In this document: in pieces, positions 29,552-47,224 of the stretch
How positions within the stretch are numbered: position 1 is the stretch's first letter
Layout: each line of letters starts with the position of its first letter
Assembly: GCF_009914755.1 (NCBI RefSeq)
Contig: NC_060925.1
DNA from: the human T2T-CHM13v2.0 reference genome, Homo sapiens
Direction: 5' to 3' (one strand)
Length of the DNA stretch: 64,000 bases
Notes under the pieces: generated by a model
Database searches by the model: none
What the model saw: the letters and a program-made list of their open reading frames with translations, nothing else
What the model was told of the DNA's origin: nothing
Program-made: the position numbers and the translations under genes

Positions 29552-29572
29552 TGTGTGTGTGTGTGTGTGTGT
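29552..29572. repeat. (TG)n microsatellite
   Basis: Direct observation. Confidence 0.9.
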
Positions 29573-29817
29573 GATGGGGTATGCTCTGTCATATTCATTT
29601 TATACTTGATGGCATAGGGTCTCACTAGCACAGCATCTTGTTGCGTGCTCATAAGCAGTGCTAATTTAATCTTATTTTTACATTTTTGTGAAACTTTTTC
29701 CATCTATTATTAATTAGATAAATATATTAGGCATGTAGAATTAGGGTCTGCATTCATTTATTATATGAATTCAATAAAATTATTATCCTACAGGTCCTAT
29801 GATGGGGAACTTGTAGG

Positions 29818-30183
<366 letters not shown>

Positions 30184-30479
30184 TAAAGAAGGCCTTACTA
30201 TTTCTTATAGCCATTATATGGCTTATTAATATCATAAACTCCTGACACTCTGCTTGGCATATAGTTGATTCTCAGTAAATGTTCATCTCTTTTCATTCCT
30301 CTGATGACCTCAGGTTGTACAGTTAAGTTTGTTCTCTCATTTCCAATGTTCTCTATTGCATGTGTCTGCGGGCAGGGTAGGCAGAAGATCAGAAGATACT
30401 GTACACACATGCGCCCCTTGCCCACATACACCACCCTTTCCCCACCTCTTGTTCATGACCATGGAGAGCTCCAGCACAA

Positions 30480-30650
30480 GGGCAGTATAGTATGAAGGTT
30501 AGATGATGGGCTCTGGAGTTAAACAGATCTTATTTGAATCCTGGCTCTCTTGCTAGTTTGTCTTGCTTTCAACAGGTTATCTGTCTGAGCCTCAGTTCCC
30601 TCATTGGTAAAATGAGGATGCCTCAGGAGGGTGGTGGCAAGGATTAACAT
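30480..30650 (+). mobile_element. MIR
   Basis: GGGCTCTGGAGT...GAATCCTGGCTCT...CTGAGCCTCAGTT...GTAAAATGAGGAT. Confidence 0.8.
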
Positions 30651-30652
30651 AA

Positions 30653-30807
30653 CCAGGCATGGTGGCACATGCCTGTAATCCCAACCACTCAGGAGGTTGA
30701 GGCAGGAGGATCTCTTAAGCCCAGATGTTTTGGGCTGTAGTGAGCTATGATGGTGCCATCATACTATAGGCTGGGCAACAGAGTGAGACCCCCATCTTTA
30801 AAAAAAG
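30653..30807 (+). mobile_element. Alu monomer (FRAM/AluJ right arm)
   Basis: Single Alu arm with an A tail. Confidence 0.85.
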
Positions 30808-31714
30808 TTTTAAAATTTTGTTTTTTTAAAAAAGTTCTCATAGCTGATATAGGTAAAAGCCTTGGCACTTCATTACAAATGGTCATTGTTATTCAAACTA
30901 TTTTTAGAAGTTTTCCTGTGTAGCCAGCTCACTGAGGATGGCCCATTTCACTGTCCCCTCACCTTGGTACTCCAGAGAGAAATAGAGAATGAGTTGGACA
31001 ATGAGGTTAAGGGTCAAGTAGAAAATCTAGGGCATTCTAAATTTGAACTCAAAATCTTTTTTGTGTTCGTGTTCCATGCCCCTTTCCTGGTTCCCAGAGG
31101 CCCCTCTGCCTTGAAATTTATTTTCTCCTCTTATATCCAATGAACTCCCCTCCTGCAATCCCCGATACACATACCTCAGGTTACCCCACCCAGTTCTGTT
31201 CTATCTCCACCCTTCTATGGGATTTAAAAAACCTCTGCTATCTTTGCAGAAAAACTCTATTTTTATCTACCTCTGACACCCTCAAATCTGTATCTGTCAT
31301 ACAACCTTCTCAGCTAAGGTTGGATATCTAAAAGCTCCTGGGCCACCCTGGGGGATAGATGGATCTGCAGAGATAAACTATAGGTCTCCACTTCTTGCAA
31401 ACTTTAACGGGCAACTATAACTCATTATCTGTCTCCCTTAGAAATTCTATTAATGAATAGGAGGTGCAGGGAGACAGTCTTCAGCTCAATATAAGAAATT
31501 TCTACATTTATAGATTGATTTGGGGGTGGGGATTATAGTTCCCCAACAATGAAAACATTTAAGCACAGGCTGAGAGACCACTACTATACAGATTTACATA
31601 TTGGGAAGAAGAATCAATGAGATGACAAACCCAAATACAATGATTCTATTAAAATTTCATGTTATTTTGACATCATGATTATTGCAATATTTTAAAATTC
31701 AAAATTTTAGACAG

Positions 31715-31973
31715 GGTCAGGTGCAGTGGCTCACTGTAATCCCACCACTTTGGGAGGCCGAGGCAGATGGATCACTTGAGGTCAGGAGTTCAAGACCAGC
31801 CTGGCCAACATGGTGAAACCCCATCTCTATTAAAAATACAAAAATTAGCCAGGTGTGGTGGCAGGCACCTGTAATTGCTTGAGCTTGGGAGGCAGAGGTT
31901 GCAGTGAGCTGAGATTGTGCCACTGCACTCCAGCTTGGGTGACAGAGTGAGACTTCATCTCAAAAAAAAAAAA
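31715..31973 (+). mobile_element. AluS with 32-bp internal deletion
   Basis: Right arm jumps from CCTGTAAT directly to TGCTTGA. Confidence 0.9.
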
Positions 31974-32725
31974 TTATACGAAAGTGAGATTGTCTGTCTG
32001 ACACACAACACACACCATCCAGACTTGGCATTCCTTTTGCAGTTTGAATAAGGGCGCAATGGCAAGACTTCAGTTGCATCAAGACCTTCCAATTTTATTT
32101 TCAAAAAGAGCACTGCAGAACAATCAGGGCAAACTCAGAGATTAACTGCAGTTCTTCATTTAGTTAATCCTCTTTATCATGAGAAAGCAGTTCTGCCACT
32201 TCCCTTGGAGATTGAACAGGGACATTTGTTAATAAAAATCTACTTTGCATGTTCCTGTTGCATAAATCCATTACTGAAGGCCAACTTGATTTGAATGACA
32301 GGAACCTGCCCACGTTGTGAATGGATTCAATAAACTGGAACACTCTTACCTTGGAGAAAATAGAAATCCCAATGTTGAGTGCATATTTGGAATCAGTCTA
32401 GTCTCCTGGGAAGAGCATACTTTATTACTATGTCTTCAGTTTAAAACTCATCGTTCATTTGACACGCGAATCTTTATTCCCAGGATTTCTTCAGTCTTCT
32501 ACAATTTCCATGCAAAATATGATTCAGCAGCACTCATTGAATGCTTGCTAGATACAAGTCACTGTAGTAAGCCTTAAGGGGGAAGAGAAAAATCAGAAAT
32601 AGAAAGCTGAGTAAGACATGGTTCCTGCCTTAAGGAATTTAAAATCCACTGGAGGAGGAAGTAATGGCTAATACTGTCAGTTATATTATTATTTTCCGGA
32701 TTTAACATAGCTTACTCAAGGGTTG

Positions 32726-32728
<3 letters not shown>

Positions 32729-32807
<79 letters not shown>
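32729..32807. repeat. (TA)n(GA)n compound microsatellite
   Basis: Direct observation. Confidence 0.95.
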
Positions 32808-32811
<4 letters not shown>

Positions 32812-33547
32812 AAAAAAATCTTAAGAAAGGAGGCTGGAAGAAATGATTGCAAATGCCAGTGGTCATTATGCTAGGGCACTCCAATTCAGAGAGGTTCATT
32901 TTTTTTTTTTACATTTTCTTCAATAAGATTATAATTCTTTAATAATACATAAAAATACATTTCAATTTTAAAATTATTCTAGAGTACTTTTTGCTCTCCA
33001 CTAAATTTGCTGTTGTGTCTTTAGGAATTTGCCTTGAAGGACAAGGAAATATAAAATTAAAATCAACATCAATATGAATAGAATTTACAAAAATAATAGG
33101 CTTCCATATGGTGGTATAGGTACCTACATACAAACATGCAGACATATATACATCAGTGTATATATGGATGCATACAAAACACATATAGATGTCACACACA
33201 TACGCACATGCATACATATGTACATACACATATTCATTGCCCACTCTAGACTGTTCACAAAATGATCATGGGTGTTTTGGTTTTCTGTTCTTTGGGCCTT
33301 TTACTATTCTAATGTTTGGAAAGACAGAAAGTGACCAACTATCCCAGCCCATGTTTAATAATACTGGCAGCTGTGGTGGAGAGTAAAGAATACTTGACTG
33401 GTGAGCCCCAGCTCTGGGTTCAGATACCGACTCCACCGTTCATTACTTCTCCCTCTCCATGGGTGTATGGAAGCTTCTCAGTGCCTTTCCTGAATAGTCT
33501 CTGGGGGGATGGAGGGATCTGTTGCTGATACCAGTCAAGGCCAGTCA

Positions 33548-34089
<542 letters not shown>

Positions 34090-35841
34090 TTACACCAAAC
34101 ATTGGGTGCGAACAAATAATAGCCACTAAAAATAGCTATTTTTCAAGGATCCATTATGGGTGTAGTCCTTACTGCCATCATTTTATTTACTACTGACGAG
34201 AATCCTCCCAGTTAGCTATTATTTTATTTTGCAGATGTAGAAACTGAGGTTCAGACAGCTAGTTAAAAAGTGCAATAATCAGTGTATCTATCTGGCATTG
34301 TGCTGCATGCCAGAAGAATCAAGGGCAGACTGACCCATGGATAAAAAATGACGCCAGAATTGGCTAGTTTTAGGGCTCAAGGAGGGCTCTGCTGAAGTTT
34401 GATCTGCTTTTCCCTTTGCCAAAAGACCTTTACATCAAAGCAAGGAGATAAATCTACTCTTGCAGCAGCTCTAGCCACAATGAATTGGTACAAAGAGAGG
34501 AGGAAGAGAGGCTGAGAGGAAGGGGACACCCTTGCAAACTTTTAGCCTTTTAACCAGAATCAAAACTTCAGTCACTGGATACAGATCTTTGCATAAATTT
34601 AGTAAAGTTCATTCTGTGAGCCATATCCAACCACATCCTTATTTGCTCTAGTGACCGCACACCCAAGTCTTCTGGCTTCAGTACATCCTAATCCTTCTCT
34701 TCCATGTGCACGAGAACCTACTGAGACCAAAGTTGCTATGTATGTCAAAACATTAGCTGGTATAAAATCACTTTGAAAATTTAAGATAGAAGATGGCATA
34801 GGATAATGAAATTTGAGGAATTAAAAACAATGCGAGGAGGTCCATATCATTCTTGGATTATGAAGTGGTAGGGCTCATCATCTGTCCCCTCAGGGTTAAG
34901 CAAGGCTGCAATATGTACAGAGACAAACGCTGCATGGGAAGCTCTGTGGGAAGCCACAGAAACCTTGTAGTGAACCAACCCTAACTTCTCCCAAACCCCA
35001 AACACTCCACCACCACCACCAACACCACGCCAAGGTGGTGAGTGAAGGCTGCATTGCCAAGCTCTGACTAATCATGATAAGATAATGGGTTGGACTTCTG
35101 TGCCTAATCCCCTTTGTTCTCATTCCATGAACATTTAGTCCCCAAAAGTGCAACGGTCACCTATTCCAGATGATTTCATTACCATTTAAGTCATACTATA
35201 GTGTGTTCAGGGTCCCTGTTCCTATTGACCAAATCTTTAAAGTACTCAAGCTGACTCAGCACCTGCAGGGAATAAAATTTCTGGAATATGATGCATTGGA
35301 GATGTAAGGGACTGAGAATGAAAACCACATCCCAGTGCTATAAAGATGGTAGATGGCTTACATTATATGGAGTATCTCTAGCTTTGTTTCTTTTAAAATG
35401 AATGTGTTAGCCTATAAATTAAAATGACCAAAGGAAGAGACTTTTTTCTCTCTTATCTTTTCACCCTGTCTTGAGTATATTGGTGGGAATAATAAGATTA
35501 GTCAGGTCCTAAATGTCATGGTGAAAGATTTACGACCTCATCCAACATTCTGATTATTCTCTATCCCACAAACTGAAGAGAGCCTGTGCCTCGTTATCTA
35601 TCCAGTGGATGACAGGAAGACATAAATAAACGTTTTATTTCCATTCTTGTCAATGTAATATTGGTAAATGTAAGTTTCACCCTGAACCAGGGAGTTAATA
35701 GTTAATACCTATGTTGTAATTTGTAGAGGTAATCATAGTAGCAAAGAGTATGAAAATGCTTATCTTTGAAATTTAATGTTTAGTAAGAAATGAACTATTT
35801 TTTAGTTCAAAAGTTATATTTGGACTACAATTCTTTTTTTA

Positions 35842-36510
<669 letters not shown>

Positions 36511-36514
36511 TCAA

Positions 36515-36890
36515 GTATACAGAGACAGGGAATAAAACAGTGGTTATCAGGGATGGGCAAGTGGGTGAGGAGATGGAGAGATGTGGGTCAGAGGATATAT
36601 ATCAGCATATATGTAAAATGAACAAATCTAGAGAATTAATGCACAACATAAGAACTACAGGCAACAAAAGTGTATTGTATTTGGTATCCGTGCTCAGTGA
36701 GTAGATTTTAGCTGCTCTTGCAACAAAAAACAAACACACAAAAATGGATAACTGAGATGATGGATATGTTAATTTGCTTCACTATAGTAACCATTTTACT
36801 ATCTATATGTATCTTATAACCTAATGTTGTAAAACTTAAATATATACAATAACATTTTGTAATGCATATGTATATTTAAAAAATAAAAAA
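36515..36890 (+). mobile_element. L1MA-type 3' end
   Basis: GATGGATATGTTAATTTGCTT...ACTATCTATATGTATC..., A-rich end. Confidence 0.75.
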
Positions 36891-37594
36891 TAAGGCAAAT
36901 ACCCATGTAACCACCACCCTGTGACAAAAGAACATTGCCCACTTGTATTCCCCAGCCAGACTGTATCAGCTTCTTTCCCCACCCAAGGCAATCATTTCCC
37001 TGCTTTACTCTATAGTTTTATCTCCTATCTATGTATCCTTAGAAATATTGCTTAGTCTTACTGATTTATGAGCTTTGTATAAATGGAATCATGCTGTATT
37101 TTCCTGTAACTTGCTTATTTCTCCATTATGTTTGTGAAATTCATCCACGCTCATGTGCCTTGCTGCAGTCTCTTCATTTTCATGGTAATAATATTTTGTT
37201 GTATGACTGTATTTCAATTTTTTACTCAACCCACTGTGTTAGACTTTAGCTTCTTTTCAGTTTGTAGCTACTTAATATAGCAAAAGAAAGCATGGAAACA
37301 TAAAGCCAGAAAGTAGTGAAATTGGTTCCCCAAGTGCTAAGTGGGAAGTAGTTGCAGATGAAAGAAAAAAAATTCTGTGCACATGTTTAAACACATGTTT
37401 TGCTTTTGAACCATGTTAATATGTTACATATTCAAAAAATAAAAAAATTAACAGGAAATAAAAATAATTTTTAAAAACTAAAATTTCATGTCAATAGAAA
37501 CAAATGAACCTATGAATTTGTAATACTCAGAAGAAAACAATTATCTCAAATCACATTTAAACCAGTATTCTGACTATATATCCACCATGGTATA

Positions 37595-38279
<685 letters not shown>

Positions 38280-38855
38280 TGAAATATTGATTGGTGTTTA
38301 GTTGAGTGGCATTGCACTGAATTTATAATCGAGTGGATCTGACTTCAAAATATTGTCTTCCTACATAAAACCACAGCATGTTTATTTATGACGTTCAATG
38401 AAGTGTTATAATTTTATCTTTATGAGAAGCACATATTTTGTTAGATTTATCCATGGCTATTTCACACTTTTGATGTTACTGTAAATGGTATCTTTTCTCT
38501 TTCATTTTCTATTTATTCCTGGCATATAGAAATGTAATGCATTTTCGTATATTGATTATGTACCAACAAAGTTGCTGAATTTTCTTATTAAATAATTTAT
38601 TTGCAGATTATCTAGGATTCCCTGTTCATAATCATATCATTTCTGATTTTTATACCTTGTACTTTTCTTTTTCCTCAACTGCACTGACTAGAACCCCCAG
38701 TACAGCATTGAATGCGACTAAATGATAGTGGGCATTCTTGTCTGGTTCCTGATCTCTATGGGAATGCAATCAGTGTTTCACCATTAAATATAATGCTTTC
38801 CATTACACTGTGTATTTGTTTTAGGTTCCTTTTATCGCATTAAAAAATTTCCCTC

Positions 38856-39152
<297 letters not shown>

Positions 39153-39619
39153 TCCCTCTGTTTATAATTTTTAAGAGCACTTGAAATCATGAATAGATAT
39201 TGAATATTCTCTAGTAATCATTCTGCATCTATTGATGCTCATTTCTTTTTTTTAGATAATGTGCTAGATTGTTTATTATAGTTAATAAACCTTACATTTC
39301 TGTAAGTCAAATGTTACTGCATTATACGTATACAATGTTTTTTATACATTGCTGGATTTTGTGTACTCATTTATTATAGTGATTTATTTCATCTCTCTTC
39401 AGAGTTAGATTGGTCTTTAATTTCCATTTCCCATATTTGTTCAAGTATGGTTTTGGTATTGAGATGGGATCAACCTTGTTAAATGAGTTGAGGAATGTTT
39501 TTCTCTTTTTCTATTCTCTGGAAGAGATTTTGCACAGTTGGAATTACTACCTTTTAAAATGTAGACCTCACTGGGAAAAGCATGTGATGGCAGACATTTT
39601 TTAGTGGGAATTTTTTTTA

Positions 39620-39933
39620 TTGTTTTGTTTTAGAGACTGAGTCTTGCTCTGTTGCCCAGGCTGGAGTGCAGTGGTGTGATCATAGCTCACTGCATAGCTA
39701 ATGGTAGCCTTGAATTTCTGGGTTCAAGCTATCCTCTTGCTCCAGCCTCCCAAGTAGCTGGGATTACAGGTACATGACACCATGCCCAGCTAACTTTTTT
39801 GTTTTTCTGTTTTGTAGAGATGGGGTCTTGCTAAGTTGCCCAGGCTTGTCTTGAACTCCTGGCCTTAAGCGATCCTCCTGCCTTGGCATCCCAAAGTGCT
39901 GAGATTACCAGCATGAGCCACTGTGCCTGGCCT
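39620..39933 (-). mobile_element. AluJ-like
   Basis: J-type positions; CpG-depleted. Confidence 0.88.
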
Positions 39934-41849
39934 GGAAGATTTTTTTCTTTTTTTTTTTTACTATTAATTCAATGTCACTAAAGTTTACAAAACCATTTTT
40001 TTTTATTTTTATGTCACTTTTGGTCGCATATTTTTCTAAGATCTATACATTTCATTTAAATATGTTGGCACACACTCTTTTTATATATCATTTATATAAA
40101 TCATAATATCCTTTTCCGTATTTTTAATGACTGCAACGTCTATAATTAATTATGCACTCCCTTTCACATCTAATACTGTATGTATAATTGTGAATTCTCT
40201 CTTTTATTCTTGACTAGAGTTATCATGGGCTGTTTCAAAGACTCATTTTTTAGCTTTGTTGTATTCATCAATTTTAAATTTAATTTTATCATATTACTTT
40301 CTGGATTTATGTTTATTATTTTGTTCTTTATATTGTATTTTATTTTGCCACTCTAAGTCCTAATGGATGTTTATCACATTACTTTTCATTCTCTGATTTG
40401 TATTACGAGTGTTCAAGATCATACTTTTTTTCATCCTGCTTTAGCTGCATCCTATACAAATTTATAACAGCATTTTCATTGCTTACTTTTAAATATAGTC
40501 TGATTTGTATTAATATTTATTTTACCAAAGTATTATTTCTGGGCGTGCTTTTAAATTGTCAAAATATGAGGATGTTACTTTTGCAAATGATTACTGATTT
40601 GTTTTCATTGTAATAAGATATTGGGAGGGACTTAACTGATTTCAGTCCTTTGAAATTTAAGACATTAAATTTAAGGTCCAATATATATATGGCTGATTTT
40701 TTAAAATATTCTATGTGTGTTTAGAAAGAATATATATTCAGCAATGTGGGGTACAATACGGATATATGTATATTAGTTCCAGCTTCTGAATGTGTTATTT
40801 AAATATTCTATATGCTTGCTGACTTTTGGTCCGCTCGTTTTATAAATTACTGATAGTAATGTGTTAAAAAATCTCCACTCTGATAGTGGATTTTCATATT
40901 TCTTCTTGTAGCTTTATTTATATTCTGCTATATACATTTTCAGGTCATATTATTAGTAAATACAATTTAAAATTATTATTTTACCCTGGTGATCTTTACT
41001 GAAAATGATCCTTTTTTGCCTTCAGATTTTTTTCCCCTTAAAGTTCTATTTTATCTTTTACCAAAATGTTAAGACTTGGGGATACAGATGTGGATCCTTG
41101 TGGAATTTACAGTCTGTCACATAAGGTGCCAAATATTAGGTCACTCAGTCCTCTTTGCAGTAAATATAGAAATCTTCCCCCTCAAAGAATAGAAAGAACT
41201 GAACAAAAATTAGTTACTCACATACTGATTTTTTACAACTATCTTTTTTTTTCTTTACACTCTTATGTCTGAGGTCCACAGGGAATTTCTCTACATTCCT
41301 AATGTTCAAATAGGTTTGTATTAAACAAGTTTTATTTTTTATTTAGTCTGCCAAACAACCTCTTCCTCTAAGAACTGCTCCTGCTTACACTAATGTGGCC
41401 ACTGCAGTTGCTGTTGCTTTTCTTCCAAATGACTCTGCCATATGGAAGAATTGTTTTGATCAGTCATGGTCACTGGACCCTGGCATGTTCAGTCAATCAG
41501 GGTCTTTTACCTGGAACAGAAAGAAAAAAGCCAGTTTTCATAAAGTACCTGGGTTACAAGATGTAAAACTAGAATCTGATGGTGGCTGTTGCCCCATGGG
41601 TTCCTGAGAATTAGAAGAAGTCAGAATATGGAAAGAAAAAAAGAATGAAGGAGACAAACACGAAGGCAGAGAGAAAGGAGACAGAGAGCCGGTTTTATCC
41701 TCTGCTTCCTGAGGTCCACTCACTTTTGTCTTCGTAGGCCCTTTAACATTATTTTGTTCCATCTGCTTCCATAGCTGATATGCTTCTGTCACTCGAAACT
41801 TGTGGTACTTGTTAATGCTGTTCACCATGGAGTCCAGCTTCCTACCTGT

Positions 41850-42205
41850 TGGCCACATGAAAGGATTGCACATGCTGCTGTAGCCCCTTTTTGGTTGAGT
41901 GGCAGCATGTGACTGGCCCTAGACAACGTGTTGCAGTGAGTTACTAAGGTTGCAGGTGTCACTTCCAGAACAGAGCATTTTGTTGCCATCTCAAGGCCAC
42001 CTAGAGCTCTCTCCCTCCACCATGCACAGGGACATCATTGGCAATGGTGGCTGCTCTCAGTCTGACTCCCAACAGGAGGAGATGATAGCAGACTCAAGAG
42101 AGGTGAGTAACATGAACAAGAACTAAACCCTTATTGCAATAAGCCACTGTGATTTTGAAGTAGTTTGCTAGTGTAGCATAAACTAACTTACTGTGATGGA
42201 CATAC
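41850..42205. mobile_element. MaLR LTR (MLT1-like)
   Basis: CATGTGACT, TGTCACTTCCAG and TAAGCCACTG...GATTTTG...TTTGCTA motifs. Confidence 0.6.
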
Positions 42206-42559
42206 AACCAAAACAGCTTTAACGAATAAAGCCAGCTAACAACTGAAATAAAGACATTAGTCTGAGGCCATTTGCAGCCCTATTTGAAAGCTTGAGACTG
42301 GCCTATGTGTCAGGATAAGATTGTGTGTTTCTGCCAATAACCATGAGGAACTCATGTTTGCAAAAATTTTGGCTTCATCTTAAATAAATAAAATCATACC
42401 TTTTAGAGAAAGAAATCATACCTTCTAAATGTGGTTTAAACATTTTTTAAATTTGGCTCCAGTTTGTCATAACAATGAGACAACGAAGTCTGCAAGAATA
42501 GATGAAATTGAATAGCTTAGCCAGCAAATCTCTGTGTCAGGGAAAGAAGATCTGTGGAT

Positions 42560-43050
42560 GTGGCATTGTGATGTAATAAAAAACAAATATTTGGTCTTTG
42601 TTCCTGGTTCCTGACATAGAGCTCCTAAAACCCTTCCGGAGTGATGAGTATCTTCCACATGCTAATGAGTCGACTATAGCTGGGGCCCCTAGGTAGCGTC
42701 GTGATGGGAGCTGGTGGCCAGAAACACCGAGGTGTGATTAGAGGGTTGGAACTTTTAGCCCCACTCCTGACCTGTGGAGAGGGAAGAGGAGCTACAGATT
42801 GAGTTAGTCACCAATAAGCAATGACTTAGTCAGTCTTGCTATGTGATGAAACCTCCATAGAAACCTCTAAACTACAGGGTTCAGTGACTTCTGGGTTGGT
42901 GAATACACTGAGGTACTGGGAAGGTGCTGTGCCCCAAAGGGCGCAGAAGCTCCATGTCCCACCCCCACACCTTGCCCTATGCATCTCTTCCATTTGGATG
43001 TTGCTCCGTTGTATCCTTTCTAACAAACAGGTAATAGTGTCAGAAATGTT
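42560..43050 (+). mobile_element. MER21-like ERVL LTR
   Basis: TATTTGGTCTTTGTTCCTGGTTCCTGACATAGAGCTCCTAAAACCCTT; GATTAGAGGGTTGGAACTTT; TTGCCCTATGCATCTCTTCCATTTGG. Confidence 0.75.
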
Positions 43051-43868
43051 GTGGGTAGCAGCAGCTCAGATGACCACAAGCCCTCAGACCTTAGCAATTT
43101 CCCCACATCCTGGCTACTGGCTCTGAATTCCCAGGATGCATTATGAGTGGAATCCCGCTTATAATATAAAGGTGCCCACATGCGCACCTTTTCTTTGGTA
43201 GGAAGAAAAGAAATACAGATGAGGTGTGACATTGTGGGCACACCAATAATTAGAAGCAGGGAAGATTGGAAGGAATGTGCACACACACACACATACACAC
43301 ACACGGAAGAAGCCATGCAGATAAACTATGCAGACACACATTTTATTATTTGTGAGAATCTATCAAAACTTCTGGGACCTCAGATTCACAAAATCCATAG
43401 ACTTATGTAATACTGGAGGTATTGGCTTGGACAAAAAAAAAAAAATAGAAGCCTAGAGAAGAGAGGATGGCAGTTTGAACTAGGGTGATACCAGGGAAGT
43501 TGGTGCTAGAGTTCTGGCTATAATTTGAAGATAGATCCACAGGACTTGCTAATGGGTTGCATGCAAATTGTTAGAGAAAGAAGAGTTTAAATAAATTCAG
43601 GGATTTTGGCCTGAGCAACTGAGTGGAGGTGGCACATCTTAATTCACACAGCTCATCTGTGACATAGTCAGAGACAGTAGGATAGAACCCATGTCTCTTG
43701 ACTGCCATGTTTGTAGTCTTGCTGCTTCAGCCTGGAGGGAATAGAAAGGGAACTAATAGCAGTGTTTATGTATCAGAAACTTTTTGTACATATTTTCACG
43801 AGATTTCTTATGTTTATTTTTATCTGCATAGCATTTTCTAGACTAATGATGGCATGATTTCATTCTAT

Positions 43869-44192
<324 letters not shown>

Positions 44193-44609
44193 TATTTTAA
44201 TTTCTAATATGTGTCCCCAGCTACAAATTACTCCTAGGCTTATTTCTATAACAGAACTTACACAGGTATCAGAATAGTCTGTGGCTATTATGCTATCAAT
44301 GATAGCATCTGCTGACAAGATTTTGTGCCACTCCTGAGACCTATGTGGCTTGAAACAGGGAAGTAAAGGATAAAAAGGTGCCAAGAAAGCAGAGCTCTAA
44401 TGTCAAAGACTAAATCAGAGGGGTGACAAGGCAGGGACAAGGGGAAGGAAGACAACAGGGTGTTATTCATAGCCAGGTTTGGTATGACTCATGTCCCTGC
44501 CTCAGATTCTAGTCATTAGCTTCTAGGAAAGGATAATCAGTAAGAATTATATGAGACATATCTCTGCCAGTTGATGCTTTTCCATCTCAAAGTTTCATAG
44601 CATTTAGTG

Positions 44610-45008
44610 GAAATTCAAGGCTTTTGATCTGAGCAACTGAAAGAAGAAAGTTGCCATTTAGTCTTCGGGGGAGAATGTAGAAAAAGCAGATTTTGGAGGG
44701 AAAAACTAGTAGTTTAATTTTGAATATATTACATTTAAGATGCACATGAAGTTGTATTAATGGCCAAAACTGGAATTACTTTCACACGAACCTGATATAT
44801 TAGAGAGTAAAATGAAGGAGGGAATTGGATATAGAAATCTGGAGTTCAAGAACAAATACGGGTTCAAAACAGAGATCAAAGAGTCATCCATATAAAAGTG
44901 CGATTTCAAGCCAGGAAGCTGGATGAGATCACCGAGGGAGTGGACATAAATAGAAAAGAGGTGTGACACTGGGGGCACACCATAATTAGAAGCAGGGAAT
45001 ATTGAGAT

Positions 45009-45057
<49 letters not shown>

Positions 45058-45300
45058 AAGCCATGCAGATAAGAGGAGAATTAGTAGAGAGTGATGTTTC
45101 AGGAGCCAGGTGAAAAGAGTGTTTAAGGAAGGGGTATGTGGTCAACTATATCATATGGCCAAACAGATAAAATAATATGAGGACTATGAATTGACCATTG
45201 GGTTTGGCAACATGAAGATCATTGTTGGCCTTGACAAAAGATGTTTCAGCAAACTACTCCAAATGAAAGAAAGCTTAATTAGAGTGTGTTTAAGAAAAGA
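44610..45300. mobile_element. L2 fragment containing (CA)n
   Basis: GGATGAGATCACC, CTGAGCAACTG and TTGACCATTGGGTTTGGCAACATG L2 motifs. (CA)n at 45011-45052. Confidence 0.75.
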
Positions 45301-45654
45301 AAGAAACAAAGAAGAGTTTCCAGTTTCAGGTAGAAGAACATGAAAGACCTTTGTTCCCATGGTAACAAAAAGAAAAACATGAAAAAATAATAATCATATT
45401 TTCCTATGGGCCTAGCAAAGAGCTTTTGAGACAAGAAAGCCTTGACGAATTGAATTCCAAAGAGAAGCTGACATTCAAAGAAAGTCAGAGAGCCTGGTGG
45501 CTTTCATACTTGGTCTGGACAAATAGAAGAGCAGTTCTATCACAAAGGGAGACGCTTGGCAGAGCAAGAAAAAGTCAGTCAAACCTTAGATTGCAGAGTA
45601 GGCTGGTGGGACAGATTGGAATATGGAGGAGACTAAAAATACAAAACAGAAACG

Positions 45655-45805
45655 CTGGGCGTGGCAGCACTCACCTGTGGTCCTGGCTACTGAGGCAAGA
45701 GGATCTCTTGAGCCCAGGTTTTCAACGTTACACTGAGCTATTTCTGTGCCACTGCATTCTAGCCTGGGCAACAGAGTGCTGCCTCACCTCTAAAAATAAA
45801 ATAAT
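45655..45805 (+). mobile_element. Alu monomer (FAM/FRAM-like)
   Basis: Single degenerate arm. Confidence 0.75.
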
Positions 45806-46797
45806 AATTCTTAAAGAAAAAAAAAATAGTTGCCTAACTTTTCAATCCCTAGCTTCATTCCCCAATTGCACCATAAATTTTTCAGGGAAAGCATCAGTGC
45901 AGGAGGCCCTGCAGAGCAGAGAGGAGTCATGTGGTGCCGGGCATTCTCCTGCCATTTAGATTCCAGAACCTTGTTGGGGCCGAATCCAAAGGTGAATTAA
46001 AGATGTCTGAAGTTGTCGTTCAATCCTCTCAAAGCAACTCTAGGAGGAATCTTAAATGGCCAGCCTTCAACTTAAATCTCAGAAAGAAGAAAGGTCCAGA
46101 ATTCACTAGGAAATAAACAAACAAAATGAAAAACAAAGAACTAGATGGTAGAGTTAAACCTCACCGTATCAGCAGAACATTAACTGTGAATAAACTAAAT
46201 AATATAATTAAAAGGTAGCATTTGTTGGAATGGATTGAAGAAAAGTAAGTCCCAACTACATGCTGTTTACAGAAGATTCACTTTATATTTAAAAACACAG
46301 GCACCTAAAAATAAAAGGATGTGAAAAGATATATCTTAAAATATCTAATCATAAGAAAGTTGTTGGTTGTCATCATATTAATACCAGATAGGCAGTAATA
46401 CCAGAGGCAAAGAAAGGTATTTCATAATAATGAAAATGTCAATTTATCAGGAGACATAATAATATGAAATATGTCCCTGAGAACAGAGCTTCAAATTACA
46501 GGCCAAAATTGACACAACTGAAAATAGACAAAACCAGAATTACAGTGGGAGATTTTAACATTTATCTCTCAAAATAAGCAGGAAAAAGGAGGAGATAAAC
46601 ATGGGAACAACAAAATGACAACAAAAAACCAGCAAAGATATAGCAGATTTGAACACTACCACTGACAAATGTTAACCAATTGATATTTATAAAATGTATG
46701 CAACAGCAGCAGAATACACTTCATTTTCAAGTGCACATGGAATGTTCACCAATTGAGACCATATTCTGGGTATTAAAACAGATGTCAGTAAATTTCA

Positions 46798-47224
<427 letters not shown>

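Noticed and set aside
45426-45959. 177-aa ORF
   Set aside because: Spans degenerate L1 plus an Alu monomer; no coherent domain.
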